Positions 59,001 through 64,000 of a stretch of DNA of 64,000 bases are shown piece by piece. Each line of letters starts with the position of its first letter. Position 1 is the first letter of the stretch. Under the pieces are notes generated by a model that saw only the letters and a list, made by a program, of their open reading frames with translations, searched no databases and was not told where the DNA came from. The DNA lies in assembly GCA_977020255.1 (NCBI GenBank), contig CDROCS010006344.1:1-64000 (forward strand), given 5' to 3'. The DNA is from Obrimoposthia wandeli. Taxonomy: Eukaryota. A program made the translations under genes and the position numbers.

Positions 59001-60189
59001 AAGTACTTTTCAAGTAACAGCACAAGCACAATGTATAGGTTCAACCATCGCGGATGAATATCAGGGGGGTATTGATTTCTCACACAGTTTAGTCGCACCC
59101 TCACCCGGAGCCCCTGGATCGCTTTTAGTTTCTTCTTCGGTCGTTGGGCTAGGAGACGGAGGTGAGGTTCAACTTAATCAATCACTTTCTGAGGTCGGAG
59201 TGTTTGACTTAACCGCCGGTGATGATGATTATTTTGGCCAAATAATTCCTACATTTACGTTATCAAATGTCGGTCGCTTTTATCCTAGTAGTTTTCTCAT
59301 GACGTCTAGTAGCACGACAAACAGTTGCGGTAGTTTTAGCTACATGGGTCAAACGGGGATAGGTAATGAAATTGATATTAGTTATACCTTACAAGCTCAG
59401 AAAGCTGGCGGGGGTATTACGCTAAATTATAAAGGCGCTTTTGCCAAAGCAACAATCGCTCTGGTAGCGGAAAACAATAACGATGGTGGCAATTATCAAG
59501 CAAGATTAATTAATTACAATTCTATAAGCTGGGCCAATGGTGAATACTTATATTCAGATGGTGGTAGTTTTATTCGTGCGCCTTCAGGTCTACCTGATGG
59601 GCCTTTTCAGGACCTGCAAGTCGGTATTAAACTAAGTGACAACGATGCTAATTTTAGTAACATTTCAGGCTTAGATATGAAGTCTGATACGAGTACAAAT
59701 TGCGGCGGTATTGGCGACTGTGATGGGAAATGGTTGGGCAATAATTTAGACCTGCGTTTTGGGCAGCTTAAACTAAATAATGTCTTTGGTCCTGAAACAT
59801 ATGATTTAGACATGGCCGCTCAAACGGAATACTTTAACGGCACAAGCTTTGTTTTAAATACGGATGATAGTTGCACTGTTTTATTAGATACCGCCCCACA
59901 GCTTTCTCCGGTGGCGCTTTCGTGGACTGGAAATCTAGGCGTTGGTGAAACAACACCGAATATTATTACTAATATTACCGCAGGAGCTGGAGTGATTGGG
60001 TTCGATGCTTCTAACGTGGGTAATGATGGCTCGGTAATCTATCAGTACGATACGAGTACTTATTTACCTTGGCTAGATACTGAGAATGTTGGGGTTTTAA
60101 ATTATGCTGACAAGCCATTTGGTAAAATTACATTCGGCCAATTCCGAGGAAATGACCGAATGATATATTGGCGAGAAGTGGTTCGTTAA
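56023..60189 (+). CDS. mshQ: MSHA tip adhesin MshQ (LamG-like domain plus DUF6701-like C-terminus)
   Basis: Signal peptide; FDG-x2-DYV...WTHIV...FKGNIDEV LamG motifs; GRFYP, LRFGQL and FGQFRGNDRMIYWREV MshQ C-terminus. Confidence 0.88.
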   Translation: MNTLRKLLIYNIIFLLLSPIVHASYSMTELVASPLDIPDTVNTVAWDNTDTGFPNDDDKQTVAIGFPFQFDNILYNDVTILTNGILKFGAIERMHRDYRNEALATDEGDRIVAIYWDDLVDDGDSSVTYGSLGTSPNRRFVVNWTNVKAYSNNLRYDFQVVLYENGDIRYRYNNNTSNGQSATIGLEIDDSDVVQYSYNQNSIEVSFDLLFRNLLLALPAPVAQYRFDEVSWDSTVDEVADSSLNAIHGQSFLGAETANLAPALGSNIGTCNYGEFDGANDYVEISDNAILDFSDNFSVGAWVKIDTIPTSDLRTILSKDENYEFHVNSSGRIFWWWKTAGSNAVRSLTSTSSIVAGNWTHIVISYVAGSQKIYMDGIESGSAVYPENTATNSDPVQIASDQNSGGRYFKGNIDEVNIFNQALSANQSRELMEITRPCSSINLCVSSFPDGLNSHNNGTITFGRDAQLFFSPDDLLDANSVVLDGASSDRSCVSAECQANGLASDITSPPVFPTTGGSGNNINIGNNSSGASDPVINQYDQIDVGNGSVFTVTGSFSDYYIDILAIGNNTELELLPGNYWIRNLDTGATNNPNSGLEVRVVGSGTARIYINDNVILGQSFLANSPSQGNQGDPSQLMLYSYSNITIERDSTVSGIVYAAGDVDVERDGNIYGAIAGDNISLGRLTNVFYNPNATAELDYGDLCESASCVLGSFNIAQPTYALACPGTRTEISIQAMCDDGTSVKEDYAGTVGISSNENTLSEFYATLSSVPTINSIVFDGSETGIKDVFLFHQNENSDLKVSATDSVESVTSISTNATDFRTEGFAITSPSSFICGGSSSMTLTAIGEDATGATCQTLTGFSGLKSVKSWYEVNINAVAGADPVATNLSIASQLTNAQTEPVANNVDLTFSNGIASIGIAYANAGQILGINFKHDDAPYDGSIPELAGADLSGSSGSFIVSPEKINLIVDTANGLCTSADPTDLACTKLVPAGSTFQVTAQAQCIGSTIADEYQGGIDFSHSLVAPSPGAPGSLLVSSSVVGLGDGGEVQLNQSLSEVGVFDLTAGDDDYFGQIIPTFTLSNVGRFYPSSFLMTSSSTTNSCGSFSYMGQTGIGNEIDISYTLQAQKAGGGITLNYKGAFAKATIALVAENNNDGGNYQARLINYNSISWANGEYLYSDGGSFIRAPSGLPDGPFQDLQVGIKLSDNDANFSNISGLDMKSDTSTNCGGIGDCDGKWLGNNLDLRFGQLKLNNVFGPETYDLDMAAQTEYFNGTSFVLNTDDSCTVLLDTAPQLSPVALSWTGNLGVGETTPNIITNITAGAGVIGFDASNVGNDGSVIYQYDTSTYLPWLDTENVGVLNYADKPFGKITFGQFRGNDRMIYWREVVR

Positions 60190-60236
60190 TCGTTCAGCTA
60201 ACGTCACCGCAAGCTTACCGCTAATTTCTTAACGAG

Positions 60237-61667
60237 CTATGCTTCTGCTTCTTCGTCTTCATGTTGCTCATTAGCATCCATGTTAAGTTCTTTAATCTTA
60301 CGGGTTAAGGTATTACGCCCCCAACCTAATAAGACAGCAGCATCTCGACGACGCCCTGCGGTATGCTTAAGCGCTGTTTCGATCATGATGCGTTCAAACA
60401 GTGGTACTGCAACATCAAGTAAGGCTGGAGTGCCTTGAGTGAGCTGCTGGTCAGCCCAATATTGCAAAGCCTGTTCCCAGTTACCGGAGGTAGGAGCTAC
60501 AGCCTCTTGGTCTAATAGCTCTGGCGGTAAGTCATTGATATGCACTTCTCGCCCAGATGCCATCACGGTAATCCAGCGGCAGGTATTTTCCAGTTGGCGA
60601 ACGTTGCCAGGCCAGTCTAACGAGGTTAAATAATCCGATGTTTCTGGCTTTAGTGTTTTTACTTCTACATCCAGCTCTTCTGCGGCAGAATTTAAGAAGT
60701 GTTTCAGTAGGCGAGGAATATCTTCACGACGATCAGCAAAGCGAGGAATATGAATACGAATAACGTTTAAGCGGTGAAATAAATCTTCGCGGAAACGGCC
60801 TTCTTTCACTAAGCCTTCTAAGTTCTGGTGCGTTGCCGCAATAATACGAACATCAACTTTAACCGGAATCGTACCCCCCACTCGATAAAATTCACTGTCG
60901 GCTAATACGCGTAATAAACGGGTTTGAGTATCCGCTGGCATATCACCAATTTCATCAAGAAATAACGTGCCGCCATTCGCTTGTTCAAAACGTCCGCGAC
61001 GTTGGCCGCCAGCACCGGTGAAGGATCCTTTTTCGTGACCAAATAATTCTGATTCAATTAAGTCTTTTGGAATCGCCGCCATATTGAGCGCGATAAAACT
61101 TTCGCTCGCACGGGGGCTGTGCTTATGCAAAGCATGAGCAACGAGTTCTTTACCTGTCCCCGATTCACCATTAATTAAAACGGTAATGTTCGATTGAGAT
61201 AAGCGACCAATTGCACGGAAAACTTCCTGCATAGCAGGCGCTTCTCCAATAATTTCAGTATTGTTTGGTAGCTCTTCAACGGTACTCGTGGTGGCTTGCT
61301 GTTCTTCGTAATGCGCAACCGCACGTTGAATTAAGGTAACTGCATCATCGACATCAAAAGGTTTCGGTAGATATTCAAAGGCACCACTTTGATAGGAGGC
61401 TACTGCGCTATCAAGATCTGAGTGCGCTGTCATAATAATCACGGGCAGTTCAGGGTAGGCTTCGTTGACCTGAGATAATAACGTTAAGCCATCAATGCCA
61501 GGCATACGAATATCCGTCATGATTGCAGCCGGTTTTTCTTTGGCTAATAAGCCCATAATAGATTCAGCGCTATCAAATATTCTGCAAGGAATATTGGCTT
61601 GCTCTAGCGCTTTTTCTAGCACCCAGCGAATTGATTTATCATCATCAATAATCCATACAGTATTCAT
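60237..61667 (-). CDS. ntrC: Nitrogen regulation response regulator NtrC
   Basis: Receiver (IIDDD, DIRMPG), GESGTGKE, ESELFGHEKGSFTGA, WPGNVRQLEN and HTH LGWGRNTLTRK. Confidence 0.97.
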   Translation of the reverse strand: MNTVWIIDDDKSIRWVLEKALEQANIPCRIFDSAESIMGLLAKEKPAAIMTDIRMPGIDGLTLLSQVNEAYPELPVIIMTAHSDLDSAVASYQSGAFEYLPKPFDVDDAVTLIQRAVAHYEEQQATTSTVEELPNNTEIIGEAPAMQEVFRAIGRLSQSNITVLINGESGTGKELVAHALHKHSPRASESFIALNMAAIPKDLIESELFGHEKGSFTGAGGQRRGRFEQANGGTLFLDEIGDMPADTQTRLLRVLADSEFYRVGGTIPVKVDVRIIAATHQNLEGLVKEGRFREDLFHRLNVIRIHIPRFADRREDIPRLLKHFLNSAAEELDVEVKTLKPETSDYLTSLDWPGNVRQLENTCRWITVMASGREVHINDLPPELLDQEAVAPTSGNWEQALQYWADQQLTQGTPALLDVAVPLFERIMIETALKHTAGRRRDAAVLLGWGRNTLTRKIKELNMDANEQHEDEEAEA

Positions 61668-61678
61668 ATTGATCAGTC

Positions 61679-62755
61679 CTAGCAGTGTTTAAGAGGTAAG
61701 TAGATAGAGAATTCAGTTCGGCCTGTTTCGCTTTCATATTCGATAATACCTTCATGCTGGTTTATCAACGTTTGTGCGATAGACAGACCCAGTCCCGTAC
61801 CTTCGGCACGACCACTGACCATTGGGTAAAATAAATTCTCTTTTATATGTTCTGGAATGCCTGGGCCATTATCTTCTATAGAAATATGGGCCACTAAGCG
61901 GTGACGCTGATGGCCAATTGTAAATTGGCTTTTTGTTCTGGTTTTCAACGACAATGTGGGCTGCTCAATATGAGCCTCCACCATGGCTTGCACGGCATTG
62001 CGGCATAAATTTAGAATGGCTTGAATCAATTGAGACTTGTCGCCCGTAAATTCTGGAATCGACGGATCATAGTCGCGTATGATTTTTATATCCCCGAGTT
62101 GATCGACTTCAACAAGTTGGCAGACACGCTCTAATACTTCGTGGATATTTGTAGTTTCTTGCTTTGGCAGTTGGTGCGAACCTAATAAACGATCGACTAA
62201 ATCACGTAAGCGATCGGCTTCTTCGATAATAATATTAGTATATTCATCTAAGGATTCGTCGGGCAGTGCGCGAGATAATAATTGGGCTGCGCCGCGAATA
62301 CCGCCTAATGGATTTTTTATTTCGTGTGCCATACCGCGAACCAGCTCACGAGTTGTTTCTTGATTGGCAAGAATTTGTTCTTCGCGAGAAATACGCATTA
62401 AGCGATCTCTGCCTTGAATCTCAATCAGTAAACAGGGCGTGCGATTTTCAGGGTGAACAATTGGGCTAACACTATAGTCGACGGTAATGCTTTGAGTATT
62501 GTGCAGTACAACTTCGGTTTCACGCTTAGTAAAGGTGTAGCCTGTGCTGATCGAGCCTTGTAGTGCTTCACGATCGGCTTCTGATTCCCAAGCAAGATCA
62601 TAAAAAGGCTCGCCTAGACCTTGGCGCCCACTGACTTGGAGAAGTACTTCAGCTGCAGGATTCATATAGATGACAGACAGGTCGACATCGAGCAATAAAA
62701 TGCCCGTATTTAGGTATTCTAGTAACTGTTGGTTGAGTACTGCCGATGCAATCAT
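61679..62755 (-). CDS. ntrB: Nitrogen regulation sensor kinase NtrB
   Basis: PAS, AHEIKNPLGGIRGAAQL, IEDNGPGIP, FYPMVSGRAEGTGLGL. Confidence 0.96.
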   Translation of the reverse strand: MIASAVLNQQLLEYLNTGILLLDVDLSVIYMNPAAEVLLQVSGRQGLGEPFYDLAWESEADREALQGSISTGYTFTKRETEVVLHNTQSITVDYSVSPIVHPENRTPCLLIEIQGRDRLMRISREEQILANQETTRELVRGMAHEIKNPLGGIRGAAQLLSRALPDESLDEYTNIIIEEADRLRDLVDRLLGSHQLPKQETTNIHEVLERVCQLVEVDQLGDIKIIRDYDPSIPEFTGDKSQLIQAILNLCRNAVQAMVEAHIEQPTLSLKTRTKSQFTIGHQRHRLVAHISIEDNGPGIPEHIKENLFYPMVSGRAEGTGLGLSIAQTLINQHEGIIEYESETGRTEFSIYLPLKHC

Positions 62756-62808
62756 TGATAAACCTTTCCTTTAGCTTAACCTTAGATAGTGGTTAACCCC
62801 ATTCACAA

Positions 62809-62824
62809 TGCAAAAAGCAAACCA
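62809..62824 (-). promoter_or_regulatory. Sigma54 -24/-12 promoter of ntrBC
   Basis: Minus strand TGGTTTGCTTTTTGCA (TGG-N9-TGCA spacing), about 55 bp upstream of the ntrB start. Confidence 0.6.
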
Positions 62825-62907
62825 CTATTAAATATGCACGGATCTGATGCTTTACTTAGTAATTATTGCCAGGTGGTGAACAGGTTTAGAGCATAGAATA
62901 ACAGAGG

Positions 62908-62955
62908 TGCACAGGAATGGTGCGTTATTTTAGAATATTGCTTTCTTGTGGTGCG
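62908..62955. promoter_or_regulatory. Tandem NtrC-binding (enhancer) sites
   Basis: TGCAC-AGGAATG-GTGCG (62908-62924) and TGCTT-TCTTGTG-GTGCG (62939-62955) versus consensus TGCAC-N7-GTGCA; 31 bp apart. Confidence 0.65.
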
Positions 62956-62973
62956 CTAATTTTTGGCTAGAAA

Positions 62974-63489
62974 TTAACGTTTTACGTAGACGGTATGTGT
63001 TGAACTACTGATCTTTGGTTGCGGGTTACCTTGCTGTCGGATGATCACTTGAAGGTTGTGAGCTCCGCGATAGGCTTCGTTAATTTGCCAGTTCATTTGC
63101 TTGCCTGCGCTGATTTCTTCGCCATCGAATAATAATACAGCTTCATCGTTATCGGATAAGACGGGGCTAGATTGTGCAGAAACGACAAAGCTCCCCTGTT
63201 TATCTCGGCTAATATGGCTTTCAGTCGTTGGACTCATGATCGTAAGTTGTTGATAACGTGTACTGACATCTTGCTTATCAATCGCAGTGGCCGTTGTTTT
63301 AGGTATTTTAATCGCAGGAATAGTGCTGATTTCTCTGACTTTATGGGTGCGAGACTTTTTACTCGGGGTATCAGAAAATATGCGGTTGCCATTTTCATCA
63401 ATAGTGATGAAAACGTTGGTCGCATTGATGGAGAAAGGCAGGCAGAGGAGTAAGAGGCTTAATCCGCGAGTGAGTATTTTTTTATTCAT
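62974..63489 (-). CDS. DUF4124-domain exported protein
   Basis: Signal peptide, DENGNRIFSDTP motif, C-terminal Ig-like segment (RGAHNLQV); usual neighbour of ntrB. Confidence 0.8.
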   Translation of the reverse strand: MNKKILTRGLSLLLLCLPFSINATNVFITIDENGNRIFSDTPSKKSRTHKVREISTIPAIKIPKTTATAIDKQDVSTRYQQLTIMSPTTESHISRDKQGSFVVSAQSSPVLSDNDEAVLLFDGEEISAGKQMNWQINEAYRGAHNLQVIIRQQGNPQPKISSSTHTVYVKR

Positions 63490-63585
63490 TCCTTATCATG
63501 ACAGTACGGGCATGCAAACTCAATCTTCTTTATAATTCGCTGAACGAAGAATTTTAAAAAAGTAAATATAATTATCGGGTAAAGA

Positions 63586-64000
63586 ATGAAAGCGCTTATT
63601 CAAAGAGTATCAGAAGCCAGTGTGAAGGTTGAAGGGAAAACCCTTTCAGCGATTGAGCAAGGGTTGGTTGTTTTATTGGGCGTCGAGAAAGGGGATAGTT
63701 CCGCTGATGTCGATAAGCTATTGCATAAAGTTAGCCATTATCGAATATTTTCTGATGCCGAAGATAAAATGAATTTGAATGTGCAGCAGATTGAAGGCAG
63801 TTTATTAATTGTTTCACAATTTACTTTAGCGGCGGATACTAAAAAAGGATTACGCCCAGGCTTTTCTACAGCCGCAGCTCCTATTTTAGCGGAAGAGCTC
63901 TATGAAGAGTTTATTGCTAAAGCTAAAACTCAGAAAATTACTGTGGGCACTGGGGAATTTGGTGCGGATATGCAAGTCAGCTTAATTAATGATGGCCCTG
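63586..64000 (+). CDS. dtd: D-aminoacyl-tRNA deacylase, 3'-truncated by window edge
   Basis: Not in the ORF track. Translated by hand: MKALIQRVSEASVKV...RIFSDAEDKMN...VSQFTLAADTKKGLRPGFS...FGADMQVSLINDGP. Confidence 0.95.
   Translation, partial: MKALIQRVSEASVKVEGKTLSAIEQGLVVLLGVEKGDSSADVDKLLHKVSHYRIFSDAEDKMNLNVQQIEGSLLIVSQFTLAADTKKGLRPGFSTAAAPILAEELYEEFIAKAKTQKITVGTGEFGADMQVSLINDGP

Noticed and set aside
402-63535. Numerous 60-146 aa antisense or alternate-frame ORFs in the track (e.g. 5805-6179, 7292-7660, 38987-39337, 50758-51198, 58398-58772)
   Set aside because: They fully overlap well-supported genes and have no recognisable motifs; they are shadow ORFs.

Overview
This is a 64-kb window from an AT-rich marine gammaproteobacterium; an Oceanospirillales-like host is inferred from gene content and order, not verified. 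Left to right it contains: (i) a 5'-truncated Zn-dependent alcohol dehydrogenase and a periplasmic binding protein; (ii) a complete clade I nitrous-oxide reductase cluster, nosRZDFYL, with a perfect FNR/DNR box; (iii) a ThDP-enzyme plus aldehyde dehydrogenase pair; (iv) a seven-gene accessory operon (13446-23875, minus) with mostly overlapping or near-abutting junctions, encoding two GNAT-like proteins, a GH3-family adenylating enzyme, two HxxxDG condensation-like proteins and an RND pump; (v) tRNA-Phe with a duplicated 3' end bracketing an integrase-less 1.6-kb islet; (vi) a Pseudomonas-like housekeeping backbone (yggX, mutY, hisBHF, ctpA, envC, gpmI, secB, trmL, ntrBC, dtd) that lacks hisA, grxC and glnA at their usual positions; and (vii) a 17-kb MSHA type IV pilus locus with a frameshifted mshP. 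The most novel-looking signals are the GH3/GNAT/condensation/RND operon, a candidate NRPS-independent acyl-amide biosynthesis and export system, and the C-terminal tail of its AcrB-family permease, which aligns without gaps to ribosome modulation factor (RMF). No CRISPR array, integrase, transposase or rRNA was seen. All family assignments come from motif recognition by eye; no database searches were run.
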